Notes: a model not told the origin generated them from the sequence alone. A DNA stretch of 64,000 nt from Verrucomicrobiota bacterium (GCA_025360015.1 JANYCZ010000049.1:41793-105792), one strand, 5' to 3'. Positions 31,157 to 40,864 are shown, numbered from the stretch's first letter. A program made the numbers and translations.

Positions 31157-31603
31157 ATGAGCTTCCAACCTCCCAACGCCATTCTACCGCCTCCCGGTTT
31201 GCCTGCTCGTTCTGGAGATCTTTTTGCCCATGAGTTGTCTGCCCTGGTGCAGGACATCCAGCGCACCCGGGAGTGGTTTAACAGCCAGCTCGATGCCCAG
31301 CTCGCCTGCCTGCATCGTCTTTGTGCCACTACGCCTGTGGCAGAGCCGCAATGCAGTCTTTCGATGGCCACGCTGTTTGAAGCTCCGCGTCCGGTCTCCA
31401 CCCCTCAGCCACCGCCCGTCGTGGAAATCGCAGCACCCGCCGAGGTGACCAAGGTTTCCTCGGTCCATCAGGCCATCATCCTGCCACCGACTTTGACGGC
31501 CACGCTCGATCCCCAGCTTGAACAGGCCACGCTGCATGAACTGAACAACGCCTTGACACGTGCGTTTTCAGAAATCTCCTCCCGCGGCGGGATGATTGGC
31601 TGA
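31157..31603 (+). CDS. Hypothetical protein
   Basis: 148-aa ORF with two helical segments around a Pro-rich linker, after an AT-rich upstream region. Confidence 0.65.
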   Translation: MSFQPPNAILPPPGLPARSGDLFAHELSALVQDIQRTREWFNSQLDAQLACLHRLCATTPVAEPQCSLSMATLFEAPRPVSTPQPPPVVEIAAPAEVTKVSSVHQAIILPPTLTATLDPQLEQATLHELNNALTRAFSEISSRGGMIG

Positions 31604-31681
31604 ATTCAGCCGCGCATCGTCATCTATGACGATTTCTCTCGGCAAGCTCCGTGCGTTCAGTTACGTACATGAGCGCTCCTC

Positions 31682-33193
31682 ATGAATACCATCACCGACC
31701 CCGCCACCGCGTCGCGACGCGAATTTCTCAAAACCACCACCAAGACGGCCGCCGGTCTGTCCGTGCTCTCCGGCATCAGCATCCCTTATGTGCATGCCGC
31801 CGGCAGTGATGAAATCCGCACCGCTTTGATCGGCTGCGGTGGCCGTGGCACCGGTGCCGCGAGCAATGCCATGGGCGTCCAGAAGCGTGTGACCCGCCTC
31901 GTGGCGATGGCGGACGTTTCCGAAAAGCGTCTCAAGGGCAGCTTCGAAGCGCTGAGCGCCAAACACCCCGACCGCATGTCCGTGTCTGACGACGCGAAGT
32001 TCATCGGCTTTGACGCTTACAAAAACGCCATCGACTCGCTACGCAAAGGTGACGTGGCCATCTTCACCACCCCGGTGGCCTTCCGCTGGGTGCATTTCAA
32101 GTACGCCATCGAAAAAGGCGTGAACATCTTCATGGAAAAGCCGATCTGCACCGACGGCCCCACCGCACGCCGTCTGCTGGCGCTGAATGAAGAGGCCAAG
32201 AAAAAGAACCTCAAAGTCGGCGTGGGCCTCATGTGCCGCCACTGCCGCGTCCGTGGTGAACTCTTCAACCGCATTCAGGATGGCGAGATCGGTGATCTGC
32301 TCATGATGCGCGCCTACCGCCTGCAAGGGCCGATCGGCTCCGCCTTCACGCTGCCGCGTGATCCGAAAGTGGACACCAGCGAACTGCAGTGGCAGATCCA
32401 GCGCTTCCACAGCTTCCTCTGGGCCAGCGGCGGCGGCTTCAGCGATTTCAACATCCACAACATCGACGAAGCCTGCTGGATGAAGAACGACTGGCCGGTG
32501 GAAGTGCAGGCCAGCGGTGGCCGCAGCGACCGTGGTGATTACATCGACCAGAACTTCGACCACTACAGCTGTGAGTACACCTTCAAAGACGGCGCGAAGC
32601 TCTTCCTCGAAGGCCGCACGGCCATCGGCACGCACAACCAGTTTGCCACCCAGGTGCACGGCACGAAGGGCAGCGCCATCGTCTCCACCGCCGGTCACTT
32701 CCCCTCCAAGGCGATGACCTTCAACAGCCAGAAGATGCAGCGCTCCAACATCATCTGGCGCGGCAAGCAGCCGGAGCCAAACCCCTATGACCTTGAGTGG
32801 CAGGACCTCATCGACGCCATCGTTGCCGACAAGCCCTACAACGAAGTGGAGCGCGGCATCAAGTCCAGCGTCACCACCGCCATGGGCCGCGCCGCCGCGC
32901 ACACCGGCCAGGTCATCCGCTACGATGACTACATCAACAGCCCCTTCGAGTTCGCCCCCGGTGTGGACAAGCTGACGCTCGACGGCCCTGCGCCGCTCAT
33001 CGCCGACGCGAACGGCAAGTATCCTGTGCCACAGCCTGGTATCCTCAAAGACCGCGAGTACGCCATGGAGCCGCAGGCCAATCCCTTCCCGCTGATCCCT
33101 GTGCCCCCCGCACCCGTCGAGGAGATGCTGTCTCCGCCAGAACGGCCAAAACCCGCCGCGAAGAAGAAAGAGGAGAAGAAGGGCAAAGTGTAG
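31682..33193 (+). CDS. Gfo/Idh/MocA oxidoreductase with Tat signal
   Basis: SRREFLK, ALIGCGGRGTG, FMEKP, IHNID. Confidence 0.92.
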   Translation: MNTITDPATASRREFLKTTTKTAAGLSVLSGISIPYVHAAGSDEIRTALIGCGGRGTGAASNAMGVQKRVTRLVAMADVSEKRLKGSFEALSAKHPDRMSVSDDAKFIGFDAYKNAIDSLRKGDVAIFTTPVAFRWVHFKYAIEKGVNIFMEKPICTDGPTARRLLALNEEAKKKNLKVGVGLMCRHCRVRGELFNRIQDGEIGDLLMMRAYRLQGPIGSAFTLPRDPKVDTSELQWQIQRFHSFLWASGGGFSDFNIHNIDEACWMKNDWPVEVQASGGRSDRGDYIDQNFDHYSCEYTFKDGAKLFLEGRTAIGTHNQFATQVHGTKGSAIVSTAGHFPSKAMTFNSQKMQRSNIIWRGKQPEPNPYDLEWQDLIDAIVADKPYNEVERGIKSSVTTAMGRAAAHTGQVIRYDDYINSPFEFAPGVDKLTLDGPAPLIADANGKYPVPQPGILKDREYAMEPQANPFPLIPVPPAPVEEMLSPPERPKPAAKKKEEKKGKV

Positions 33194-33237
33194 AGATTCG
33201 CGGGCATCCGATCTGCCCTGATTCTTGTCTCCGATTT

Positions 33238-33273
33238 AAACCGCTGCCTAGCCTCAGGCAGCGGTTTTCTTTT
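33238..33273 (+). terminator. Rho-independent terminator
   Basis: ccgctgcct-agcctc-aggcagcgg followed by ttttctttt. Confidence 0.8.
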
Positions 33274-33351
33274 AAGCTTCTAAGACAGCTCCGAGGACAA
33301 TCTAAAGAGTGATTTAGAAGCCAAACTCAGACTCGGCCTATATCTTTTCCT

Positions 33352-33933
33352 GTGGACGATCGAGAGGCTGACACCCCCATACCGGAATCTCTGAGCGACA
33401 CGCCCGAAGCTGAATGTGTGCGGCTGTTGGACGGGCGCAGACGCTGGTTGAAACTGGGTATGTGGGGTGCCCTCGGTACGATTGGAGGAGGTGTGAGCTA
33501 TATCATGGCACCTCCTGCAATCGTGCCGCTCTACTTCAATGGGCTCTATGCTTTCGCGCATGAAAGCCACCCTCTCGTGGTTCATCAACTGGTGGCTGCA
33601 GCCAATGAACTCGTGAACAAACCCTACAAGTGGGGCGGCGGTCACCACCTTCTGTTCGACAATGGCTTCGACTGCTCGGGCTCCGTCTCCCATGTGCTCT
33701 ACCGTGCGAAGTTGCTGGATCGCCCGCTCAGCTCCGCCGCTTTTGCAAATTACGCCTGGGCTGGACCGGGAAGCTATGTCACGCTTTTCGTCAATCCTGG
33801 GCACCACGTTTTCATGCAGATCTGCGGCCTGCGTTTTGACACCTCGGGCACGCTGACCGGGGAGGGCCCGCGCTGGCGCCTCGCCAGCCGTTCCTACGAC
33901 GGCTTCTACCCGCGTCATCCCGCCTGGCTCTGA
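33352..33933 (+). CDS. NlpC/P60-like peptidoglycan endopeptidase
   Basis: KPYKWGGGH, GFDCSGSVS, GHHVFM. Confidence 0.82.
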   Translation: MDDREADTPIPESLSDTPEAECVRLLDGRRRWLKLGMWGALGTIGGGVSYIMAPPAIVPLYFNGLYAFAHESHPLVVHQLVAAANELVNKPYKWGGGHHLLFDNGFDCSGSVSHVLYRAKLLDRPLSSAAFANYAWAGPGSYVTLFVNPGHHVFMQICGLRFDTSGTLTGEGPRWRLASRSYDGFYPRHPAWL

Positions 33934-34015
33934 AAGATCGCGCGGCGGTCATTGAGTCGTCGTTCCGTGCAAAAACGGCAACCCTCGTCTGTGGGCGGAG
34001 TTTTATGCACCCACC

Positions 34016-34933
34016 ATGAGAACGCACTCCCTCGCTGTCACCTGCCTGCTGCTCCTTGCCACGCAGCTCCCCGCCCAGAACGGCGCGCCTCAGCAGCGCC
34101 GGCAAATGGCGAAGCCTGAATGGGTGGACCCCAACCATGAGGCCCCCAATGGCACGCTCTACAAGACCTTTGCCAGCAAGGTCATCAGTCGTGACGTGAA
34201 CTACCTCATCTACCTTCCGCCGGGTTATGACAAGGACACGCAGCAGCGCTACCCCGTCATCTACTGGCTGCATGGCATGGGTGGCAACATCCGCGCTGGC
34301 GCGATGATGTTTGTGCCGGCGCTCGATGCCGCGATCAAGGACGGCAGCATGCCGCCCGCCATCGTGGTGCTGCCCAACGGCATGGTGAACTCCTTTTACT
34401 GCGACACCGTGGAAGGCCCACATCCAGTGGAGAGCGTCATCATCAAGGACCTGATCCCGCACATTGATGAAACCTACCGCACGCTCCCCGAGCGCGAGGC
34501 ACGCATCATCCAGGGCTTTTCCATGGGTGGCTACGGCGCGGCTCATCTGGGATTCAAGTATCCCGAGCTCTTCGCCACCGTCATTGTGAACTCTGGGGCG
34601 CTGCTGGATCCTGCAGCCGCCCTGGGCACCGGCCCCATGGTGCATGTCTTTGGCAATGACAACGCCCGCCGCAAGGCCGAGCACCCACGTGAACTCGCCC
34701 AAAAGAACGCCGCGCAGTTGCGCGGCCACACGCACATCAGCATCGGCTGCGGCTCCATCGACAGCCTGCTGCCGGTCAACCAAGATCTCGACAAGGTGCT
34801 CACCAGCCTGAACATCGAACACCACTACGAGACGGTACCCGATGTGCCGCACAATGCAGCGCTCTACTACAAGAAGCTCGGCGCACGCATGTTTGAGTTC
34901 CACCAGCTGGCGCTGGCCGGGCTGAAGCCCTGA
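34016..34933 (+). CDS. Exported alpha/beta-hydrolase esterase
   Basis: Signal peptide, YLIYLPPGY, YPVIYWLHG, GFSMGG nucleophile elbow. Confidence 0.9.
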   Translation: MRTHSLAVTCLLLLATQLPAQNGAPQQRRQMAKPEWVDPNHEAPNGTLYKTFASKVISRDVNYLIYLPPGYDKDTQQRYPVIYWLHGMGGNIRAGAMMFVPALDAAIKDGSMPPAIVVLPNGMVNSFYCDTVEGPHPVESVIIKDLIPHIDETYRTLPEREARIIQGFSMGGYGAAHLGFKYPELFATVIVNSGALLDPAAALGTGPMVHVFGNDNARRKAEHPRELAQKNAAQLRGHTHISIGCGSIDSLLPVNQDLDKVLTSLNIEHHYETVPDVPHNAALYYKKLGARMFEFHQLALAGLKP

Positions 34934-34998
34934 ATTCCGCAGGGCTGAATGGGGGGACCCGGGCTTGTGATTCCTTCCATCCGCATGGATGCTCCCTC

Positions 34999-35292
34999 AT
35001 GAACACCCCCGCTCGTTTCCTCCTCCTGCTGCTGGCCTCAGGGCTGACGGCCTGCCATAAAAATTCCCCCGCCCAGGAGGACATGGATGCTGAGGCCCGG
35101 CAGAAGGCCATCGAAGTCAGGGCGACCGCCGACAAAGAAGTCGCTGCCTTGAAGGAAGCCGCCGCCATGAGAGAAGCGGCGCGCAAGGAAGCCGCGGCCA
35201 AGGAAGCACTCTCACCGGGATCGACCATCCCCGCCTCCACGCTGCCAGCATCCGTGTCCGTGCCTGCTACAGTCGCTGCGCCGCCGAAGTAA
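34999..35292 (+). CDS. Small hypothetical lipoprotein
   Basis: Lipobox LTAC, helical Ala/Glu/Lys-rich body. Confidence 0.7.
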   Translation: MNTPARFLLLLLASGLTACHKNSPAQEDMDAEARQKAIEVRATADKEVAALKEAAAMREAARKEAAAKEALSPGSTIPASTLPASVSVPATVAAPPK

Positions 35293-35375
35293 AGAAAGGG
35301 GTGCCTGAATCCACTCATTCAAGATAGGAGATATGCCAATTGACAGCGCCGCATCTCCACGGGCAAACTGCGCCG

Positions 35376-35897
35376 ATGAATGACTCCTCCCCGACGATCC
35401 TGTGTCTCCTTCAACGCTGGCGGACATGGGTCGGGAGTGTGGGCGTCCTGCTGCTGGTGACCTCCTGCGCTGCTCCCATCATCGGCAATGACGGGCTCTC
35501 CGGCACCGCCAAGCCCAATGTGCACGGCATTTACCAGGGCTCCTACACCTATGGCGCCGCCTATCAGAAGCTGGCCGGGCAGTCGGTCACCTTTGAGATC
35601 TCCCTGCGTCAGATGCGCGGCTCCAACAAGATCTCCGGCGTCATCAAGGACACCTACACCGGCTCCGGCACGTTAACGGACGGCTTTGTGTGGTCGGACA
35701 TCCACGGCACTTGCGAGAGTGAGAACGGCTTCACCCACCTGAAATTCCGCAAAACCTACCGGCACTCCAAGGACCCGGCGGCGATCTATCAGGGCTCCCT
35801 CCCCCCGGGTTCGAGCCTGCTCTCGGGCACCTGGTACCTGGAATCGAAAACGAGTGACAGCGGCATGTTTCAGATCAGCAACATCCATGTGCAATGA
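35376..35897 (+). CDS. Hypothetical lipoprotein
   Basis: LLLVTSC lipobox; beta-rich body; ATGA overlap with the pcp-like gene. Confidence 0.7.
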   Translation: MNDSSPTILCLLQRWRTWVGSVGVLLLVTSCAAPIIGNDGLSGTAKPNVHGIYQGSYTYGAAYQKLAGQSVTFEISLRQMRGSNKISGVIKDTYTGSGTLTDGFVWSDIHGTCESENGFTHLKFRKTYRHSKDPAAIYQGSLPPGSSLLSGTWYLESKTSDSGMFQISNIHVQ

Positions 35898-36631
35898 ACT
35901 CCACCACACCTGCTCTTGTCCTGCTCACGGCATTCAGCCTGGCAGGTTCCATCCTGCCTGCGCAAACCGCCCCCGCCGCGCCGCCGCCTGACATTGTGGT
36001 GAGTGGCTTTGAAGCCTTCGGCGGTCGTTCCGAAAACGCCTCCTGGGTTCTGGCGGAAGAAATCGCCAAGGCGTTTCCCAAGGAAGTGCGCGCCGTGCAA
36101 GTGCCCGTGGTCTGGGGCGCGCCGCAGACCGCCATCGACGGCACCAAACCGCTGCCGCAGGTGTGGATCGCCTTTGGTGAAGGCACCTCGGAGCTTCAAA
36201 TCGAAACTCTCGCCCACAACGTGCGCGGCCGGTATCCGGACAATCATGGCACCAAACCCGCCACGCCCGACATCGTCAAAGACTCTGCGGCGGAGCTGCA
36301 TCAGACGGCGAAAGTGGAAGGCCTGGCCGAGGCGCTGACGCAGGCGGGATTTCCCACGCACGTCTCCCAGAACGCCGGGCGCTACATCTGCGAGGAGATG
36401 CTGTACTCCCTGCTGCATGCGCAGAAGCAGCACCCCGATGCGCTGCGGCTGGTGCTCTTCATTCACGTCCCGCCCCTCACGCCTGCTGTCAAGGGAACCG
36501 CAGCAAAAGGCGGAGCCACCGCCACCAAGCCCAAGGTGGACGCCGCATGGTTGCAGGCCTTTGGCAGGCAGCTCTTCACCTCCCTGCGCCAGCAGGGCCT
36601 GCTGGCGGAAGCATCGGATCGCAAGCGATAG
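35894..36631 (+). CDS. pcp: Pyroglutamyl-peptidase I family protein with signal peptide
   Basis: VSGFEAFGGRSENAS, IETLAHN, SQNAGRYICE, FIHVP. Confidence 0.85.
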   Translation: MNSTTPALVLLTAFSLAGSILPAQTAPAAPPPDIVVSGFEAFGGRSENASWVLAEEIAKAFPKEVRAVQVPVVWGAPQTAIDGTKPLPQVWIAFGEGTSELQIETLAHNVRGRYPDNHGTKPATPDIVKDSAAELHQTAKVEGLAEALTQAGFPTHVSQNAGRYICEEMLYSLLHAQKQHPDALRLVLFIHVPPLTPAVKGTAAKGGATATKPKVDAAWLQAFGRQLFTSLRQQGLLAEASDRKR

Positions 36632-36666
36632 CGGCGGCTGATTCCAACCGCCAGGCGAGGTGCACC

Positions 36667-37140
36667 TTAGTGGTGATGACCGCCGCCACCATGACTCACA
36701 TGCCCGCCACCCCCGTGACTGACATGGCCACCCCCATGAAACACCGGGCCGCTGCTGTGACCAAAGCTGCCCCCATGGCCTGCATGCCCGAAGCTGCCCA
36801 CATGACCGTGATACGGATTCACATAGGTTGGCCGCACATACGTGGGCCGATAGTTATAACTGCGGTAGCCGTTCCCGCCGTAGCCGTAGCTCCCGTAACC
36901 GTAGCCGCCGTAGTGAGGCCGTACATACACCGAACTGGTGGGCTGCGTGACCCACTGGTAAATGGGATAGCCCATGGCGTCATAACCTACGATCTGGTAC
37001 ACGGCATACACCGGCGCACCATTGGTCAGGTAATTCACGATCTGGCGCTGACCGGGAAACGGTAGCGGCATCGCGTTCGCCGATGGAGCTGCGAGGCCTA
37101 ACACAGTGACCACAGCAAGGAGGCTTAGAAGTGTTTTCAT
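36667..37140 (-). CDS. Secreted Gly/His/Tyr-rich low-complexity protein
   Basis: MKTLLSLLAVVTVLG...ANA signal, IVGYDAMGYPIYQWVT, HVSHGGG repeats. Confidence 0.8.
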   Translation of the reverse strand: MKTLLSLLAVVTVLGLAAPSANAMPLPFPGQRQIVNYLTNGAPVYAVYQIVGYDAMGYPIYQWVTQPTSSVYVRPHYGGYGYGSYGYGGNGYRSYNYRPTYVRPTYVNPYHGHVGSFGHAGHGGSFGHSSGPVFHGGGHVSHGGGGHVSHGGGGHHH

Positions 37141-37200
37141 AAGGTTGGTGGAGAGTTGCTCCACAGGGTTAAACGACGGCCAGCTCGGCTTATTCAATTC
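37141..37200 (-). promoter_or_regulatory. Conserved upstream element, copy 1
   Basis: TTGAAT...GTCGT...GTGGAGCAACTCTCC...ATG aligns without gaps to 37551-37610. Confidence 0.6.
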
Positions 37201-37301
37201 AGCGAGGTCAAGTAAACGCTGCCTGCGGGCAGTGGCACTTGCTTTGGCAGTTCAGCAAACGTGCCGCCGCCCAAGCCCACCGCCCGGCAGGTCTTTCCCG
37301 C

Positions 37302-37550
37302 TTAATGTTTGTACCAGCCCCTGTGGAGCCCATGATCATGCCCAAAGTGGCCATGGTTCCAGTGGCCGGGAGGTCCATAGGGCCGCCCATACACGGGGCC
37401 TGCGGGGACCGTTACCCATTGATAAATGGGAAATCCCATGGGGTTGTACCCCACGATACGGCGCTCGTGGAGAAACCGGTGAGCGGCATTTGCGGGGACT
37501 GCGATGCCAAACACGGTGACCGCAGCGAGAATGCTGAGAAGTGTTTTCAT
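37302..37550 (-). CDS. Secreted Gly/His-rich peptide, paralog of 36667..37140
   Basis: MKTLLSILAAVTVFG...ANA signal, IVGYNPMGFPIYQWVT. Confidence 0.8.
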   Translation of the reverse strand: MKTLLSILAAVTVFGIAVPANAAHRFLHERRIVGYNPMGFPIYQWVTVPAGPVYGRPYGPPGHWNHGHFGHDHGLHRGWYKH

Positions 37551-37610
37551 AGAGTTAGGGGAGTGTTGCTCCACCTTCTTTGACGACTTCTCGCCATGCT
37601 CATTCAAATT
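37551..37610 (-). promoter_or_regulatory. Conserved upstream element, copy 2
   Basis: TTGAAT...GTCGT...GTGGAGCAACACTCC...ATG with the same spacings as copy 1. Confidence 0.6.
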
Positions 37611-37686
37611 CAGCTGAGCACGGCTGTGCCATTGGGCTCCTTCTCGGCCATCGACAAAATCCGCACGCTGCGCATGCTCCGCCTTC

Positions 37687-38061
37687 ATGGCTGCCCGTGT
37701 CAAATCCGTCGCCTTTGCCCGCATTCGTGCGGAGGTCGTTCGTCTGGTCGGCTTGATCCCGGCGGGCAGGTTCACCACCTATGGCAGCATCGCCATTCAC
37801 ATGAACGTCATCGCCCGGCATGTGGCCACAACGCTGAGCCATCTCACACCGGAAGAATCCGCCACGCTGCCCTGGCACCGCGTGGTCTCCGCCAATGCCC
37901 GCCTCAGTCCGAATATGGACCCCACTCTCTCACGCAAGCAGCGCCGCCTGCTCAAGGCCGAAGGCCTGCGCATCGACCCCGAAGGCTTCATCCAGGAGGC
38001 CGACACTCACTTCCACAATGTGGGCGTGCGGCGGGACATCCGCTGGAGCGAGGAGGGCTGA
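37687..38061 (+). CDS. Alkyltransferase-like (MGMT/ATL) protein
   Basis: IPAGRFTTYGSIA and PWHRVV (Trp in place of the PCHR catalytic Cys). Confidence 0.88.
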   Translation: MAARVKSVAFARIRAEVVRLVGLIPAGRFTTYGSIAIHMNVIARHVATTLSHLTPEESATLPWHRVVSANARLSPNMDPTLSRKQRRLLKAEGLRIDPEGFIQEADTHFHNVGVRRDIRWSEEG

Positions 38062-38088
38062 CGCATTGGCATCTTCGTGAGAACAGAG

Positions 38089-38478
38089 TTACTTCTCGCG
38101 CACGTATTTCGTCTCAGGGGCAAACCTCGCCCTGTCCTTATTTTTCGTCACCAGCGAGTCTCCGGCGATGCGGATCTGATACTCCTGGCTCACGCCTGGC
38201 TTCCCTTTTTCGATGAAGGTCAGACGCAGCACGGTGTCAGTGAGGAGCCGGTAGATTCCAGACCTCGTTCCTTCGGTGAAAGTCCCGTCTTTGCGGAACT
38301 CGGCAACGAGGTTCTTCTCGCCTTGAGCGGTTTTGAAGGTGGTGGATCCATGGCGGGCTTCAAGAAGCTCCCATCGTCCCAGGATTTCCTGGGCACTATC
38401 CGCGTACACACGGCCTGCCCAAACGAGGGCGATAAACATCCAGAGAACTGGCGCGGAGCGGGGCAGGGCGGTTTTCAT
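38089..38478 (-). CDS. Exported hypothetical protein (lipocalin-like)
   Basis: Signal peptide, ILGRWELL, beta-rich body. Confidence 0.65.
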   Translation of the reverse strand: MKTALPRSAPVLWMFIALVWAGRVYADSAQEILGRWELLEARHGSTTFKTAQGEKNLVAEFRKDGTFTEGTRSGIYRLLTDTVLRLTFIEKGKPGVSQEYQIRIAGDSLVTKNKDRARFAPETKYVREK

Positions 38479-38555
38479 AAGGAGAGAGGGACGATGACCA
38501 ATCGATGTCCCCAGACCTCATTCAAGCGGCTGCTGCCAGCGCTAGAATGACCGCC

Positions 38556-38900
38556 TCAGGGAGGAGTCACCACCGCCTGCACAGCAGACACCGACTGCAA
38601 CGTCTGAGCATCCGCCGAACTTAATTCCTTCAGAACATTTTCGATTTTTTGCAGCCGGTAGGCCACCAGCGCTGGCTGCCAGCGCGGCTGGCTGTCGCTG
38701 ATTTTTTGAATCAGCGTCTGCGCTGCCTTCAGCTTGCCCACCGCCGCCTCGCGGTGGCCCGCCTCCAGCGCTTTCATGCCATCCTGGCAGAGCACCGACG
38801 CACTGCGGTAGCTGTCCGCCGGCTCTGCTGCAGGTGCCCATGCCGCAGACCCGAGTAGAACGGTGACAACCAAGGCTTGGACGAATGCGGCGCTTTTCAT
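38556..38900 (-). CDS. Exported hypothetical protein (TPR-like helical)
   Basis: Signal peptide; QPRWQPALVAYRL. Confidence 0.65.
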   Translation of the reverse strand: MKSAAFVQALVVTVLLGSAAWAPAAEPADSYRSASVLCQDGMKALEAGHREAAVGKLKAAQTLIQKISDSQPRWQPALVAYRLQKIENVLKELSSADAQTLQSVSAVQAVVTPP

Positions 38901-39061
38901 GACAGATGTTTTCCTGATTTCTTGATGGAACAACACGATCATTCATAAACCGGCCCGATTGTCAGTACAATTCGTGGCCTCAAGGTCGGGCAGGACGGTT
39001 TGACGCCGCTCAAACCGGCGCTTCGGACACAAAACGCCCCATCATCCCTGCGGCGGCAGTC

Positions 39062-39298
39062 TCACTGGCCGTACACATCGATCCAGTGCAGCCCGCTTTT
39101 CGAGCCGGGCGGCGTGAAGTAGCGACGGCCGAGGTAGGTGCCCTTCACGGCATGCATCGGGCCCCCTGCGGGGTGACTGGCACGGGTGAGGACCGGGCGG
39201 CCGTTGTGGGTGCCGTTTTCATCGGGCACCGTGCTGCAGGAGGCCGACAGCAGCAGGGACAGACCAAGAACAATGGAGGCGGGGTTGGGGCGCTTCAT
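39062..39298 (-). CDS. Small hypothetical lipoprotein
   Basis: MKRPNP...LLSASC lipobox-like sequence. Confidence 0.65.
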   Translation of the reverse strand: MKRPNPASIVLGLSLLLSASCSTVPDENGTHNGRPVLTRASHPAGGPMHAVKGTYLGRRYFTPPGSKSGLHWIDVYGQ

Positions 39299-39444
39299 GG
39301 ACCGTAATGAACGTTTTAGCGTTGGCTGTTGATTCAACCATGTATCGCGTTGCGATGCTTTTTATTCTGGCTGCATCAGGCCTCCCAGTCTCCAGGCTTG
39401 CCTTCCACGGCACACTCCGCTTTCATCCGACAAACGCCGCAGCC

Positions 39445-40758
39445 ATGCACCGATCTCCCTTCCTCTTTCCCCGGCTGGCTGTCCTGGCTGGAGCCTTGCT
39501 GCTTCAAACCGTGGGCGCTCTGGCCGCAGAAACCAACACCCTCACGCCACAGGAACAGGCCGCAGGTTGGAAGCTGCTCTTTGATGGCCGTAGCACCGCC
39601 GGCTGGCACACCTACGGCAAGAAGTCCGTGACAGCCGGGTCGTGGAAGATTCATGATGGCTGCCTCGTCCTCCCTCCAGGCAATGGCCGCCCGAACGGCA
39701 CCGGCGGCGATCTCGTGACCAACACCCTGTTCACGAACTTCGACTTCCAGTTCGAGTGGCGCGTCGGCCCCGTGGGCAACAGCGGCGTGGAATACCTCTT
39801 CACCGAAGGCGAGAAACGCACCGCCTTGTTTTATCCCGGCGACACCGGCGACAGCCCCATGGGCTTCGAATACCAGGTGCTCGATGACGCCCCGCACATC
39901 AAGAACGCCGCGGACCGCCTCGCCGCCTCCATCTACTCGCTCGTCACCGCCACAGGCAAAACGCTGCGCCCCGTGGGCGAATTCAATCAAGGCCGCATCG
40001 TGGTGGATGGCAACCATGTGGAGCACTGGCTCAACGGCCGCAAGGTGGCCGAATGCGAGCTCGGCAGCCCGGCGCTGCAGCGCATCATCGCCAGCAGCAA
40101 GTACAAGTACTACCCTGGCGTCGGCGTGAAGCGCGCCACCGCCATCGCCTTGCAGGATCACGGTGCCGAGGTGGCCTATCGCAACCTCAAGCTCCGCGAG
40201 CTGCGCCCCTCAGCCGCCAATACCGCTCCCGTCGCAGTCGCGCCAGCACCTGCCGCCCCGCCTTCATCTCCCATGACCGCCCGCAAGATCCCCATGCAGG
40301 CCGCCGACTGGTCTGTCTGGTGCTGGTCCAAAGCCGACAACCGCTGGACCGAGCACCCGCTGGACAAGATGACCGTGCAGATCCAGGACGGCGTGCTCAC
40401 CGCCCGCAACACCACCAACAGCAACTGGCCCCGCGCCATCCTCGTCTATCGCGGCACCCTGCTGGACGGCGACTTCCTCGTCTCCGCCGACTACCGCGGC
40501 CAGCTCGAATCCTTCGACCTCCAGTCTGCCGACGGCACCAACCAGCGCGTCTCCTGCCTGAATCCCCCACAGGACAACCAGTGGCACACCCTCCTCCTCA
40601 GCCGCAAGCAAACCCAGTACACCGCCCGCATCGAAGAAGCCCCCGTCCCCGTGGTCGATGGCAAAGCACCCGCTGGTATGAAAGGCTATTTCTGCTTCAA
40701 GCTCAGGCCTGGAGAGGCGGTGGAGGTGAGGGGTTTGGTGGTGCAGGTGGGGAGGTGA
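39445..40758 (+). CDS. DUF1080 (3-keto-disaccharide hydrolase-like) protein with extra C-terminal domain
   Basis: GWKLLFDGRS, FTNFDFQFEW, GNSGV, GFEYQVLD, GEFNQGRIVV, IALQDHG. Confidence 0.88.
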   Translation: MHRSPFLFPRLAVLAGALLLQTVGALAAETNTLTPQEQAAGWKLLFDGRSTAGWHTYGKKSVTAGSWKIHDGCLVLPPGNGRPNGTGGDLVTNTLFTNFDFQFEWRVGPVGNSGVEYLFTEGEKRTALFYPGDTGDSPMGFEYQVLDDAPHIKNAADRLAASIYSLVTATGKTLRPVGEFNQGRIVVDGNHVEHWLNGRKVAECELGSPALQRIIASSKYKYYPGVGVKRATAIALQDHGAEVAYRNLKLRELRPSAANTAPVAVAPAPAAPPSSPMTARKIPMQAADWSVWCWSKADNRWTEHPLDKMTVQIQDGVLTARNTTNSNWPRAILVYRGTLLDGDFLVSADYRGQLESFDLQSADGTNQRVSCLNPPQDNQWHTLLLSRKQTQYTARIEEAPVPVVDGKAPAGMKGYFCFKLRPGEAVEVRGLVVQVGR

Positions 40759-40773
40759 GCCTGCATCGGAGCG

Positions 40774-40787
40774 CGGAATTTATTCCG
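40774..40787. repeat. Short REP-like palindrome between convergent genes
   Basis: cggaat-tt-attccg. Confidence 0.4.
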
Positions 40788-40864
40788 TAGCACTCCGCAG
40801 ACACGCCAAGCGCCGAATTTAACCCACCACTTTTCCTGATACCGAAGGCCCTACGCGACAAGCC

